Shown here: positions 28,450 through 37,840 of the stretch, piece after piece
How positions within the stretch are numbered: the first letter of the stretch is position 1
Layout: the number at the start of each line of letters is the position of its first letter
NCBI GenBank assembly: GCA_005882295.1
Contig: VBAI01000011.1
Span: 1,592 to 65,591 of the forward strand
Direction: 5' to 3'
DNA: 64,000 nucleotides
Source: Candidatus Segetimicrobium genomatis
GTDB taxonomy: Bacteria; Sysuimicrobiota; Sysuimicrobiia; Sysuimicrobiales; Kaftiobacteriaceae
Notes under the pieces: model-generated
Database searches by the model: none
What the model was told of the DNA's origin: nothing
What the model saw: the letters and a program-made list of their open reading frames with translations, nothing else
Program-made: the position numbers and the translations under genes

Positions 28450-29003
28450 CGCCGGGGCGCTCCCACGGGCGAGGGGGCGGAGCTCCGCGGGGGCGCGGCC
28501 ACCGGCCGGCTCGCCGGCCGCCCGATGACGACGGCAGCGATGATGCCCACCAGCAGGATCACCGAGGCCACCTCGAAGGGTAAGGCAAACGAGGTAAAGA
28601 GCGCGCGCCCCACCGATTCTACAGTCCCAAACTCCGCCGGGGCCGGCGCGGCAGCATTTGTGGCAAATCGGAGGGTCAGGAGCATGAGGATCAAGAATGC
28701 CGCGGACAGCCCGATCGCGACTGGGCCCTGCCACCGCAGCCGGTCGGGTGACATCGCGCCCAGTTGCCGATGCAGGAGCATGACCACAAACAGGAACAGC
28801 ACCACGATCGCGCCGGCATAGACGATCACTTGCAGGACTGCGATGAACTGGGCGGCCAGCAGCAGGTACGTCACCGCCAGGCTGCCCAGCACCAGCAAGA
28901 GGGACAGAGCGTTGCGCACCGGCAGCCGGCTGGCGACCACGCCGAGGCCTCCGGCCAGCGCCCCGAGTGCAGCAAACACGAAGATGATTACTTCCACAAC
29001 CAC
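28446..29003 (-). CDS. nuoJ: NADH-quinone oxidoreductase subunit J
   Basis: NuoJ-like TM protein, 185 aa. Confidence 0.85.
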   Translation of the reverse strand: MVVEVIIFVFAALGALAGGLGVVASRLPVRNALSLLLVLGSLAVTYLLLAAQFIAVLQVIVYAGAIVVLFLFVVMLLHRQLGAMSPDRLRWQGPVAIGLSAAFLILMLLTLRFATNAAAPAPAEFGTVESVGRALFTSFALPFEVASVILLVGIIAAVVIGRPASRPVAAPPRSSAPSPVGAPRR

Positions 29004-29016
29004 CCCGTGATTGGCA

Positions 29017-29502
29017 TCATACTTCCCGTTGGGGATCCCGTCCCGAGGCCCCGGGATACGGTTCTGTGAGCATGGGCTTCGTGTAGATCATGGCGTCCCG
29101 CGAGAAGCTCGCCAACTCGTACTCACGCCCGAGCACGATGGCGCCGGTGGGACACGCCTCCTCGCAGAACCCACAGAAGATGCAGCGCAGTTCGTTGATC
29201 TGAAAGTCTGTGGCGTAACGCTCACCCTTGCTGACTTGATGCTCAGGGGTATTCTCCGCGGCCCGGACGTAGATGGCCTGCGATGGACAGACAATGACAC
29301 ACAGCTCGCAGCCCACGCACCGTTCCATCCCATCCGCGTAGAGGGTGAGCCAGTGCCGGCCCTTGAAGCGTGGCTGGACCGCGGCCCGTTTCACCTCCGG
29401 GTAGCGGACGGTGACGGGGGGACGGAACAAATATCGGAATGTGACCGCCAGTCCCTTCAAAATGGCCAGCGATTGTCTGATACGCACTCTCAGGGTCGTC
29501 AT
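29017..29502 (-). CDS. nuoI: NADH-quinone oxidoreductase subunit I (2x[4Fe-4S])
   Basis: CVGCELCVIVCP and CIFCGFCEEACP ferredoxin motifs. Confidence 0.9.
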   Translation of the reverse strand: MTTLRVRIRQSLAILKGLAVTFRYLFRPPVTVRYPEVKRAAVQPRFKGRHWLTLYADGMERCVGCELCVIVCPSQAIYVRAAENTPEHQVSKGERYATDFQINELRCIFCGFCEEACPTGAIVLGREYELASFSRDAMIYTKPMLTEPYPGASGRDPQREV

Positions 29503-29520
29503 CGACGCGCACCGGAACTA

Positions 29521-29612
29521 CGTCTACTTGGTCTACTTAGTCTTCTTAGTCTACTTGGTCTAAGAGATCTACAGAATCAACGCTCTCTGGAGCAGGTAGA
29601 CCAAGTAGACGC
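29521..29612. repeat. Hairpin element family D (inside the nuo operon, between nuoI and nuoH)
   Basis: cgtctacttggtctacttagtcttcttagtctacttggtc ... ggtagaccaagtagacg. Confidence 0.8.
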
Positions 29613-29616
29613 CGTT

Positions 29617-30600
29617 TCATGTTCCCCGCAAGACGACAATCACCGCCGTCACCACCAGATTGAGCAGCCCAAGGGGGATAAGCACTTTCCATCCCAGGGC
29701 CATGAGCTGATCGTGCCTGACCCGGGGGAGCGTGGCCCGCAGCCAGATGAAGACAAACACGAAGGCCAGGGTCTTCAACACGAACCAGACCGGCCCCGGC
29801 AGCACCGGCCCCCACCAGCCGCCCCAGAACAGCGTCGTCAGCAGCGCGCTCATCGTGACGATGGCGACGTACTCGCCGATGTAGAACATCGCGAACTTGA
29901 AGCCGCCGTACTCGGTCTGGTAGCCAGCGATGAGCTCCTGTTCGGCCTCCGGCAGGTCGAACGGTGCGCGATTGGTCTCTGCCACCGCCGCGATGAGAAA
30001 GATGAGAAAGCCCAAGGGCTGGAGCGCTACGAACCATACGCGCCGCTGGGCCTCCACGATGGAGACCAGGCTCAATGAACCGGCGGTCAGCACCACGGAG
30101 ATCACGGCCAGCCCCAGGGCCAGCTCATAACTGATCAGTTGGGCGCTGCTGCGCAGACTGCCGAGCAGCGAGTATTTATTGTTCGACGACCATCCCCCCA
30201 GAATGATGCCGTACACGCCGACCGAGGAGGTGGCCAGGACCAACAGGATACCAACATTGACGTCGGCCAGCCGCAACGGGACACGCTGCCCGAACAGCAT
30301 CACCTCAGGCCCAAACGGAATCACCGCATACACGAAGAGAGCGGTGACCATCGAAATCGCCGGCGCCAGCCAGTACACGATCACGTCGACATGCGCGGGC
30401 ATGAAACTTTCCTTAAAGACGAGTTTGAGCCCGTCCGCCAGCGGCTGCAGCAGGCCGAACGGACCCACGCGGTTGGGACCATACCGGACTTGAAACTTGC
30501 CCAGCAGACGGCGCTCCAGCAGCGTCATGTACGCGCAGGCCGTCAGCAGAATGAACAGGAGCAGCGCGCTCTTCACCGCGACGATGGCGATCTCGATCAC
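29617..30600 (-). CDS. nuoH: NADH-quinone oxidoreductase subunit H
   Basis: N-terminus ...LLERRLLGKFQVRYGPNRVGPFGLLQPLADGLKL. Overlaps the nuoG stop (ATGA). Confidence 0.9.
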   Translation of the reverse strand: MIEIAIVAVKSALLLFILLTACAYMTLLERRLLGKFQVRYGPNRVGPFGLLQPLADGLKLVFKESFMPAHVDVIVYWLAPAISMVTALFVYAVIPFGPEVMLFGQRVPLRLADVNVGILLVLATSSVGVYGIILGGWSSNNKYSLLGSLRSSAQLISYELALGLAVISVVLTAGSLSLVSIVEAQRRVWFVALQPLGFLIFLIAAVAETNRAPFDLPEAEQELIAGYQTEYGGFKFAMFYIGEYVAIVTMSALLTTLFWGGWWGPVLPGPVWFVLKTLAFVFVFIWLRATLPRVRHDQLMALGWKVLIPLGLLNLVVTAVIVVLRGT

Positions 30601-33107
30601 AGCGGGCCGCCGCCCTCCTTGCGTCCCTCGGCGCCCCCGGCGACGGGGGCCAGGGCCGTCACCCGCACCCGCGTCAACGGCTCAGTCAGATCGACCAGCG
30701 CATTGGCGGGCGCGGCATCAAAACCCCGCGGCAGGAAGACCTGGCCCGGGAGGACGGCCGGTGAGAGCTTCGCCCGCACCGCCACCGACCCGCGGCGCGA
30801 TCGCACCACCGTGGCGTCGCCTTCACCGATCCCGCATCGCGCGGCGTCCTCGGGGTGAAACAGCGCCCAGGGCTCGCCGGCCAGGTCGGCGATCGCCGTG
30901 CTGCGCGAGGTCATCGCGCCCCGGTCGAACAGGACGTCCCCGAGCACGAGGATGAGGGGAAAGTCGGTGTCGGCGCCGTCGACAGGTCGGGCTTCTTGGA
31001 TCCTCGATCCCGGATCCTGGATCCTGGATCCCTGTCGCGGTACCCGGGCATCGATCTCCAGTCCGGGGATGAGAGATCGCATCTCGTCGAAGATTTCCTC
31101 CCAGCCGCTGTACGCGATCACCTTGCCCATCCGCTCGGCGAGCGCCGCGAAGATCCCCCAATCGGCCCGCGACTCACCAGGACCCGGGACGGCCGCGCGC
31201 AATCGCTGGACGCGGCCCTCGATGTTGCACACCGTGCCGTCTTTCTCCGGCGCCACCAGCGCCGGCAGCACCACATCGGCCATCTGCGCGGTCTGTGTCA
31301 GAAACGCGTCCTGGACCACCAGAAATGGCAGCCGCCCCCGCGCCTCAGTCCACCGCGTGCGGTCAGGGGCGTCGGTCCCCGGATCGGCGCCGGCCACGTA
31401 AAGGACGTCCAGCCTGCCCTGCCCTGCGGCCTCGATGATCTCCGGCGCGTTCCATCCCGCAGCGTCGCTCGGGGCAGCGCCCCAGAGCGACTCGAGATCG
31501 TGCCTGACCTCCGCCAGCGGGCGGCCACCGGGACCGGCATCAGGCAGCAGTCCGGCCAGCGCCGCCCCGAATGCGTTCCCTTTGCCGCGCATGACGTTCA
31601 CGGAGGTGTGGAGCCTGGCCGCGAGCTCACGCAGGAGCCCGTAGATCTCGGCGCCGTCAGGGGCGTCGAGCGCCCCGCGGCCGATGAGAATCTGCGGTCG
31701 TGCGGCGCGGGCCAGGCGCGCGCCCGCCGCGGTTATCGCGTCCCGGAGCACGCCGCCGGTCTCCCCCGCACCGTTTGGGGCGCCGGACATCGCCTCCAGC
31801 AATGCGCGCACTACCTGCGCGCCAGATCCGTAGCGGTGCACCAGGTGGTGGGCAATGAACCGATCAATCTCCAGCCCTTTCGGGGTGACGGCGATCATCG
31901 CCGCGCCGCGATCGAGCGCCCGCTTCATCCGCAGCCAGATGACCGGATACTCCTCGGTGATATCGCACCCCACAAGGACGATCACATCGGCGTCATTCAT
32001 GTCCGCAAGAGAGGATGTCATTCCCCACGGCGCGAGCAGGCTGGCGCCTCCCGGCGGCGCGTCGGTGCGGTGATCCAGGTGATTCGTGCCAACCACGCTG
32101 CGGAAGAACCGCCCGGCCACGTAGGCGTCCTCGTTGGCCAGGCGCGTCCCGCCGAGCATCGCCACCCGGCCCGGAGCGGCGGCACGCAGCCGGCGCGCCA
32201 CGACGTCCAGCGCTTCGTCCCACGTGGCTTCGCCCAACCCGCCCCCGCGGCGGATCAGCGGGGTGCGCAGGCGATCCTGGTGGTGCACGTAGGTGTGACC
32301 GAAAAATCCGAGGTCGCACAGCCAGATGTCGTTCACGGCCGGGGATTCGCGCGCGCGGGTGCGGGTGATGGCGCCGTCGCGCACATCGAACTCCAGGGCG
32401 CAGCCGACGCCGCACAGCGTGCACACGCTGGCCACCGGCTGATTGTCCCATGGCCGGGCGGCGAACCGATACGTCTTGGCCGTCAGCGCGCCCACGGGGC
32501 AGATGGCGATGGTGTTGCCGATAAACTTCGACTTCACCGGCAAAGTGAACGGCGTGTTTACCTCGCTGTGGAATCCCCGCTCAAACCCTTTCAACGCGTC
32601 GTCGCCGGCGATCAGCTCGCCGAACCGCACGCACCGCCAGCACAGGATGCACCGCTCCCGATCGAGCACCAGCACACGGCCCAGGGAGACCGGCTTGGCG
32701 AAGTCGCGTTTGGTCTCGACGAAGCGGCTGCGGCCGGGGCCGTACTGATAGGCCTGGTCCTGCAGCGGGCATTCGCCGCCCTTGTCGCAGATGGGACAGT
32801 CCAGCGGATGATTGATGAGCAAGAACTCCAGGATGGCTTCCTGTCCGGCTTTGACTTCGGGGGTGGTCGTGAAGACGGTCATGCCATCTGTCGCCTCCAG
32901 GGTGCAGGAGGTCTGGAGTTTCGGCATTTTTTCGACCTTGACCAGACACATCCGGCACGCCCCCAGCGGGGGCATGCGGTCGTGGTAGCAGAAGATGGGG
33001 ATCTCGATGCCGGACCGCCGGGCGGCGTTGTAGACGGTCGTCCCCTTCGGCACGGAGACCGTCCGCCCGTCGATGGTCAGCGTGATCGTTGGTGGAAGCT
33101 GGCTCAT
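30597..33107 (-). CDS. nuoG: NADH-quinone oxidoreductase subunit G (75 kDa Fe-S/molybdopterin-like)
   Basis: Start MSQLPPTITLTIDG at 33107; the ORF-track start at 33206 runs through repeat I. N-terminal 2Fe-2S and 4Fe-4S cysteine clusters. Contains an in-frame oligomer-repeat insert at 30998-31034. Confidence 0.9.
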   Translation of the reverse strand: MSQLPPTITLTIDGRTVSVPKGTTVYNAARRSGIEIPIFCYHDRMPPLGACRMCLVKVEKMPKLQTSCTLEATDGMTVFTTTPEVKAGQEAILEFLLINHPLDCPICDKGGECPLQDQAYQYGPGRSRFVETKRDFAKPVSLGRVLVLDRERCILCWRCVRFGELIAGDDALKGFERGFHSEVNTPFTLPVKSKFIGNTIAICPVGALTAKTYRFAARPWDNQPVASVCTLCGVGCALEFDVRDGAITRTRARESPAVNDIWLCDLGFFGHTYVHHQDRLRTPLIRRGGGLGEATWDEALDVVARRLRAAAPGRVAMLGGTRLANEDAYVAGRFFRSVVGTNHLDHRTDAPPGGASLLAPWGMTSSLADMNDADVIVLVGCDITEEYPVIWLRMKRALDRGAAMIAVTPKGLEIDRFIAHHLVHRYGSGAQVVRALLEAMSGAPNGAGETGGVLRDAITAAGARLARAARPQILIGRGALDAPDGAEIYGLLRELAARLHTSVNVMRGKGNAFGAALAGLLPDAGPGGRPLAEVRHDLESLWGAAPSDAAGWNAPEIIEAAGQGRLDVLYVAGADPGTDAPDRTRWTEARGRLPFLVVQDAFLTQTAQMADVVLPALVAPEKDGTVCNIEGRVQRLRAAVPGPGESRADWGIFAALAERMGKVIAYSGWEEIFDEMRSLIPGLEIDARVPRQGSRIQDPGSRIQEARPVDGADTDFPLILVLGDVLFDRGAMTSRSTAIADLAGEPWALFHPEDAARCGIGEGDATVVRSRRGSVAVRAKLSPAVLPGQVFLPRGFDAAPANALVDLTEPLTRVRVTALAPVAGGAEGRKEGGGPL
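30998..31034. repeat. In-frame tandem GGATCCTG-type repeat inside nuoG (encodes DPGSRIQDPGSRIQ)
   Basis: ggatcctcgatcccggatcctggatcctggatccctg. Confidence 0.7.
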
Positions 33108-33118
33108 AGATTCTCCGA

Positions 33119-33191
33119 TGTCATCGCGAGCGCAGCGAAGCGATCTCCTTGGACGAGGAGATTGCTTCGTCGCTTCGCTCCTCGCAATGAC
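33119..33191. repeat. Hairpin element family I (between nuoEF and nuoG)
   Basis: gtcatcgcgagcgcagcgaagcgatctccttggacgaggagattgcttcgtcgcttcgctcctcgcaatgac, an almost perfect palindrome. Confidence 0.85.
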
Positions 33192-33206
33192 AGAAAAGTC
33201 CTTCAA

Positions 33207-35015
33207 TCACGCCAATGCCTCAACATCACAGCGCCCTGTCTTGACATGGTGTTCATACTCCTGGCGGAAGAAACGCAAGGTCGAATAGATCGTGGGAGGC
33301 ACGCTCTCGCCCAGCGGGCAGAAACAGGTCCCCGTCATCCCCCGCGCGATGCCATCCAGCAGCGGCAGGTCCTCCACCCGCCCGCGGCCGGCCAGGATGC
33401 GGTGCAACGCCTCCCCCAACCACATCGTCCCTTCGCGGCAGGGCGTGCACTTGCCGCACGACTCGTCGCGGTAGAACTCCACGGTGCGCGAAGCGACCTC
33501 CAGCATGCAGGTGGTGTCGTCCATCACGATCAGCGCGCCCGACCCCAGCATCGATCCGTAGACATCGAGTTTGGCCAGCGCGTCGTAATCCATCGGCGTG
33601 TCCAGGTAGGCGGCGGGCAAGACGGCCGATGACGACCCGCCGGGAAAGCACGCCTTGAACGACCGGCCGGCACGCATCCCTCCAGCCCGGTCGATCACCT
33701 GCCGGATGGTGGTCCCCAGCGGCACCTCATACACGCCAGGATGCGCCACGTGTCCGCTGACGGAGATGAGAACCGGGGGCCCTTGCTGGCGGTACCACTC
33801 GGCACCCTTGGCGAGAATCCACGCCACGTGACACAGCGTCTCGACGTTGTTGACCACCGTGGGCTGCATGTACAGACCCTTGACCGCGGGGTAGTAGGGC
33901 GGCTTCAAGCGCGGCATCGCCCGGCGGCCCTCAAGCGACTCCAGCAGCGCGGTCTCTTCGCCGGCGATGTACGCGCCGGCGCCGGTGCCCAGCACGATGG
34001 TGAGATCGTACCCGCTGCCGGCAATGTTACGGCCCACCAGCCCCGCGGCAGTGGCCTGCGCCAGCACCCGGTCCAGCAGCGCCCGCGCCCGGTAGAACTC
34101 CCGCCGCAGGTAAACAAACGCCAGGTGCGCGCCGACGGCGTAGCTAGCGATGACGATTCCCTCGATGAGCCGGTGCGGGTCGCTTTCCAGCAGCGTGCGA
34201 TCTTTGAAGGTCCCGGGCTCGCCTTCGTCGGCGTTGATGACGACGTATTTGGTGACCGCGGGATCTTTGGGGATAAACTTCCACTTGCGCCCGGTGGCGA
34301 ACCCGGCGCCGCCGCGACCCCGCAGGCCGGATTTGTCCACCTCGTCGATCACGGCCTCCGGCGACATGGACAGCGCCCGCCGCAGCCCCGCGTAGCCCCC
34401 GCGCGCGGTATATGCCTCCAACTCGCCCTGATCCGGTTCGTGGAGATACTTGAGCAGAACAGGCTCGCCCGAAGAAGATTGTTGGGCCTCGGGCTTCGGG
34501 CTTTGCTGAACTACCGGGCTCCGGGCTTCGGGCCCTGGGCTTCGGTAGCGGCTGAGAATTTCACCGATGCTCTCTGGGGTAACCAGGCCGAACCGCTCAG
34601 TGCCCACCATCACGGCCGGCGCAGCCTCGCACGCGGCGAGACATTCCGCCGTCTTGAGGGTGAACGCGCCGTCCGGGGTCGTCTCCCCCACCTCGACTCC
34701 GAGTTGCCGCCGCAGCTGGTCGAGGATCCGGCCGCAGCCGTTGAGCATGCAGGCGATATTCGTGCAGACCTGCACGAGGTGCCGGCCGACCGGGCGGAAG
34801 AAGAGGAGATGGTAGAACGATGCCACCGAGGCGACCTCGCTGACCGGCAGGTCCATCACCGCCGCGAGGTCGGCCAGCGCATCGGCGGTCAGGTACCCCG
34901 CCTCGTCTTGCGCCACAAACAATGCCCCCAGCAGCGCCGACTGGCGGTGCGGAAACTGCGCCATCAGACGGCGGATCTCCACTTTTGCGTTTTCGGAGAG
35001 ACCGTTCTCGCTCAT
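33207..35015 (-). CDS. nuoEF: Fused NADH-quinone oxidoreductase subunits E (24 kDa, 2Fe-2S) and F (51 kDa, FMN/NADH-binding, 4Fe-4S)
   Basis: NuoE-like N-terminal ~160 aa (...CTNIACMLNGCGRIL...ECLAACEAAPA). Then a Pro/Gln/Ser linker. Then NuoF (GLRGRGGAGFATGRKW, SGYDLTIVLGTGAGAYIAGEETALLESLEG, CGKCTPCREG). The linker DNA is an oligomer-repeat hairpin (34486-34546). Confidence 0.85.
   Translation of the reverse strand: MSENGLSENAKVEIRRLMAQFPHRQSALLGALFVAQDEAGYLTADALADLAAVMDLPVSEVASVASFYHLLFFRPVGRHLVQVCTNIACMLNGCGRILDQLRRQLGVEVGETTPDGAFTLKTAECLAACEAAPAVMVGTERFGLVTPESIGEILSRYRSPGPEARSPVVQQSPKPEAQQSSSGEPVLLKYLHEPDQGELEAYTARGGYAGLRRALSMSPEAVIDEVDKSGLRGRGGAGFATGRKWKFIPKDPAVTKYVVINADEGEPGTFKDRTLLESDPHRLIEGIVIASYAVGAHLAFVYLRREFYRARALLDRVLAQATAAGLVGRNIAGSGYDLTIVLGTGAGAYIAGEETALLESLEGRRAMPRLKPPYYPAVKGLYMQPTVVNNVETLCHVAWILAKGAEWYRQQGPPVLISVSGHVAHPGVYEVPLGTTIRQVIDRAGGMRAGRSFKACFPGGSSSAVLPAAYLDTPMDYDALAKLDVYGSMLGSGALIVMDDTTCMLEVASRTVEFYRDESCGKCTPCREGTMWLGEALHRILAGRGRVEDLPLLDGIARGMTGTCFCPLGESVPPTIYSTLRFFRQEYEHHVKTGRCDVEALA
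34486..34546. repeat. GGGCTTCGGGC-type repeat hairpin forming the in-frame nuoE-nuoF linker
   Basis: cgcccgaagaag...ggcctcgggcttcgggctttgctgaactaccgggctccgggcttcgggccctgggcttcgg. Related oligomer at 41287-41314 (intergenic). Confidence 0.65.
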
Positions 35016-35023
35016 ATGCGAAG

Positions 35024-35105
35024 GGCGGGACTGGGGACTGGGGACTGGAGACTGGACATAACGGTGGCCCCACCAGTCCCTAGTCCCAAGTCCCTAGTCC
35101 CGTAG
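35024..35105. repeat. Hairpin element family A (between nuoD and nuoEF)
   Basis: gcgggactggggactggggactggagactgg ... ccagtccctagtcccaagtccctagtcccg. Confidence 0.85.
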
Positions 35106-35109
35106 TTCG

Positions 35110-36285
35110 TCATCGATCCACGTCTCCCAACACGATGTCGATCGAGGCAATCGCCACCACCACATCGCCCACGGTGCCGCGGTGGAGCATCACCGGAAGC
35201 GCCTGGAGATTGTTGAACGACGCGGAGCGCACCCGAACCCGGACCGGGCGGTTGCTGCCGTCGCTGACGATGTAGTAGCCTTTCTCTCCCCGCGGAGATT
35301 CGACCGCGGCGTAGACCTCGCCCGCCGGCGGGTGGATCCCCTCGCTGACCAGTTTGAACTGGTGGATCACCGCCTCCATGCTGCGCACCAGCTCCCGCCG
35401 CGGAGGCAGCGCGACCTTCCGGTCGTCCACGAGCACGGGGCCGCCGGGCAGCCCCTGCAACGCCTGCAGGATGATCCGCCTGCTCTGCCGCATCTCCTCC
35501 ATCCGCACCCGGTACCGATCAAACGCATCCCCGTTGGTCCCCAGCGGGACGTCGAACGAGTAGTCGGCGTAGCCGCCGTATGGAAACGCCTTGCGCACGT
35601 CATAGGACACACCCGACCCGCGCAGCACCGGCCCGGTGCACCCATAGCGGATGGCGTCCTCGGCGCTGAGCACCGCCACGCCCTCCGTGCGCTTGCGCCA
35701 GATGAGATTGTCCGTCAACAACGCCTCGTACTCGTCCAGCCGGCGGGGAACGTCTTCGAGGTATCTCTGCACACGCTCCGCAAAGCCCTCCGGCAGGTCC
35801 CACTGCAGCCCGCCGATCCGGAAGTACCCGTGCATCATCCGCTGTCCGGAGACCATCTCAAAGATGTCGAGGATCTCCTCCCGATCGCGGAAGCAGTACA
35901 TCAGCAGGCTGGTGACGTTGAGATCGATCGCCGCCGTGCCCAGATAGACGAGATGGCTGGCGATGCGCGAGAGTTCCGCCAGGATGAGCCGGATGACTTC
36001 GGCGCGCTTGGGCGCCGTGATGCCGAGCAGTTTTTCGACGGCCAGGACGTAGGCCTGCTCCTCGATGAACGTGGCCAGGTATTCAATGCGCGGGGGAAAG
36101 ACGATGTTCTGATGGTAGGTGCGGGTCTCCATCTCCTTCTCAAACCCGGTATGCAGGTACCCGATCACAGGCTCGACGCCGAGGATGACCTCGCCCTCCA
36201 GTTCCAGGATCAGCCGCAGCACCCCATGGGTGGCGGGGTGTTGCGGGCCCATGTTGAGGACGAGCGTCTCCTTCGTCAGCTGGCT
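35110..36285 (-). CDS. nuoD: NADH-quinone oxidoreductase subunit D (49 kDa)
   Basis: MSQLTKETLVLNMGPQHPATHGVLRL... The ORF-track start at 36327 is possible but less likely. Confidence 0.9.
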   Translation of the reverse strand, partial: SQLTKETLVLNMGPQHPATHGVLRLILELEGEVILGVEPVIGYLHTGFEKEMETRTYHQNIVFPPRIEYLATFIEEQAYVLAVEKLLGITAPKRAEVIRLILAELSRIASHLVYLGTAAIDLNVTSLLMYCFRDREEILDIFEMVSGQRMMHGYFRIGGLQWDLPEGFAERVQRYLEDVPRRLDEYEALLTDNLIWRKRTEGVAVLSAEDAIRYGCTGPVLRGSGVSYDVRKAFPYGGYADYSFDVPLGTNGDAFDRYRVRMEEMRQSRRIILQALQGLPGGPVLVDDRKVALPPRRELVRSMEAVIHQFKLVSEGIHPPAGEVYAAVESPRGEKGYYIVSDGSNRPVRVRVRSASFNNLQALPVMLHRGTVGDVVVAIASIDIVLGDVDR

Positions 36286-36353
36286 CATCTCAGGTCCCTG
36301 CCGGCGCACATGTATCGCCGGCCTCACCGCCTCGGGCGTCCGGCCTCCACCGC

Positions 36354-36868
36354 CTATGCGTGTCTCGGCTTTGACGTCGGGATGATCTGGCTGGGAACTT
36401 TCGGCGTGTGGCCCCGAAACTCGACAGGCTCTTCAACCAGCGGGTAATCCTTGCGCAGCGGATGGCCCTCCCAGTCGTCTGGCATCAGGATGCGCCGCAG
36501 GTCGGGATGGCCGTCAAACCGGATGCCAAACAGGTCGAAGACCTCCCGTTCCAGCCAGTTGGCCCCCGGCCATAACGAGGTGGCCGACGGCGCGGTCTGG
36601 TCGGCGGCGAGGTGCACCATAAGCCGGACCCGGGCGGGTGGCTCGACCGAGGTCAGCAGGTACACGACATCGAATCGCGGCTGCGCGGGATGGCGGTCCA
36701 CTGCCGTCAGGTCGGTCAGCAGACGAAACCCCATATCGCGCGCGGCCTCCAGCGCCTGCAGGATGCGCTCACGGGCGACGACGAGGGTCACCTCGTCCCG
36801 GAAGCGGATCTGTCCGACAACGGCCTCCCCCAGCCGCTGGACCAGGACGTCTTCGGGGCGGGTCATCG
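36354..36868 (-). CDS. nuoC: NADH-quinone oxidoreductase subunit C (30 kDa)
   Basis: Start [16 protein letters not shown] at 36868. The ORF-track N-terminal extension is rejected. Confidence 0.85.
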
Positions 36869-37408
36869 CCTCCTCCGGCCTGGCTGCGCGATGAGTTCCT
36901 GCAACTTCAGGAAGCCATAGAGCAAGGCCTCCGGTCGGGGTGGGCACCCTGCAACATAAACGTCCACGGGAATGAGCTTGTCCACGCCCTGCACCAGCGC
37001 GTAGTTGTTGAACACCCCGCCGCAACTGGCGCAGTCCCCCATCGCAATGACCCACTTCGGATCCAGCATCTGCTCATAGATGTGCTTGACCACCGGCGCC
37101 ATCTTTTGCGAGACCCGGCCGGAGACGATCATGAGATCGGCCTGGCGGGGCGAGGCGCGGAACGCTTCGCTGCCGAACCGCGCGATGTCAAAGCGGGCCT
37201 GAGCGGTGGCAATCATTTCGATCGCGCAGCAGGCCAGGCCAAACTGCGCCGGCCACAGCGAGTTCCGCCGGGCCCATGACACCACTCGATCCACCGTCGT
37301 TGTGAGGATGTTGCTTTCCAGGGCCCGGAGATCGGCCTCGGTCGCCTCTGCCGGCGACCGCGCGCGAGAGACCAGGGTGCCGCGCTCTGGCGGAGGTGTC
37401 ACTGCCAT
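36863..37408 (-). CDS. nuoB: NADH-quinone oxidoreductase subunit B (20 kDa, 4Fe-4S)
   Basis: [19 protein letters not shown], and GCPPRPE motifs. Start MAVTPPPE at 37408. Confidence 0.9.
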   Translation of the reverse strand: MAVTPPPERGTLVSRARSPAEATEADLRALESNILTTTVDRVVSWARRNSLWPAQFGLACCAIEMIATAQARFDIARFGSEAFRASPRQADLMIVSGRVSQKMAPVVKHIYEQMLDPKWVIAMGDCASCGGVFNNYALVQGVDKLIPVDVYVAGCPPRPEALLYGFLKLQELIAQPGRRRR

Positions 37409-37779
37409 TCCAGCGCCCCTCGCTTCCAGGCGTAGAGGAAGCCCAGTCCAAGCACGGCGACAAACGCCAGCATCTCGACCAGGCCATAGACCTTCAGCTC
37501 CCGGGCCACGACGGCCCACGGGTACAAGAACACCGCCTCCACCTCGAAGAGCAGAAAGAGCATCGCAATAAGGTAGTAGCGGATGGGGACCCGCTCGCGG
37601 GCGGAGCCGATCGGCCATACCCCGGATTCATAGGGCTCGGCCTGCCCCGGCAGCGGGCGGCGCGCGCCACCGGCGCGCGCGGAACGCCATCCGCCGACGA
37701 GTGCGTGCGCCGTGAGGAGAACAGCCGTAAGCGCCACGGCAAGCGCAAAATGCACAAAGACGGGGATGTAGTCTGTCAC
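37399..37779 (-). CDS. nuoA: NADH-quinone oxidoreductase subunit A
   Basis: GTG start at 37779 with an AGGAGCG RBS 14 nt upstream. FESG-like ...[12 protein letters not shown]... and the 3-TM pattern. Confidence 0.8.
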   Translation of the reverse strand: MTDYIPVFVHFALAVALTAVLLTAHALVGGWRSARAGGARRPLPGQAEPYESGVWPIGSARERVPIRYYLIAMLFLLFEVEAVFLYPWAVVARELKVYGLVEMLAFVAVLGLGFLYAWKRGALEWQ

Positions 37780-37840
37780 GAGTGAATGCTCCGCGCTCCT
37801 ACGTACACACGGTTCGCCGCGCGGGGGGCCATCTCCCGGT

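Noticed and set aside
33108-33206. N-terminal extensions of ORF-track calls running through repeat elements. Affected: nuoG to 33206, nuoM to 26175, nuoN to 24772, nuoK to 28734, nuoC to 37055, nuoB to 37618, NUDIX to 41663, BNR protein to 43725, Fpg paralog 2 to 18696, small protein to 60412, hypothetical to 60343.
   Set aside because: The extensions are encoded by the palindromic or tandem repeats or by upstream genes. Conserved protein N-termini begin at internal ATG/GTG codons with plausible RBSs.
30855-33632. 925-aa plus-strand ORF antisense to nuoG. Other long antisense ORFs of the same kind: 1285-2601, 6805-8178, 22026-23015, 23225-24433, 33741-35105, 35182-36447 and 26263-27210.
   Set aside because: These are shadow ORFs typical of ~68% GC DNA. 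The translations are Arg/Gly/Pro-rich with no domain signatures, and the opposite strand encodes well-conserved proteins.
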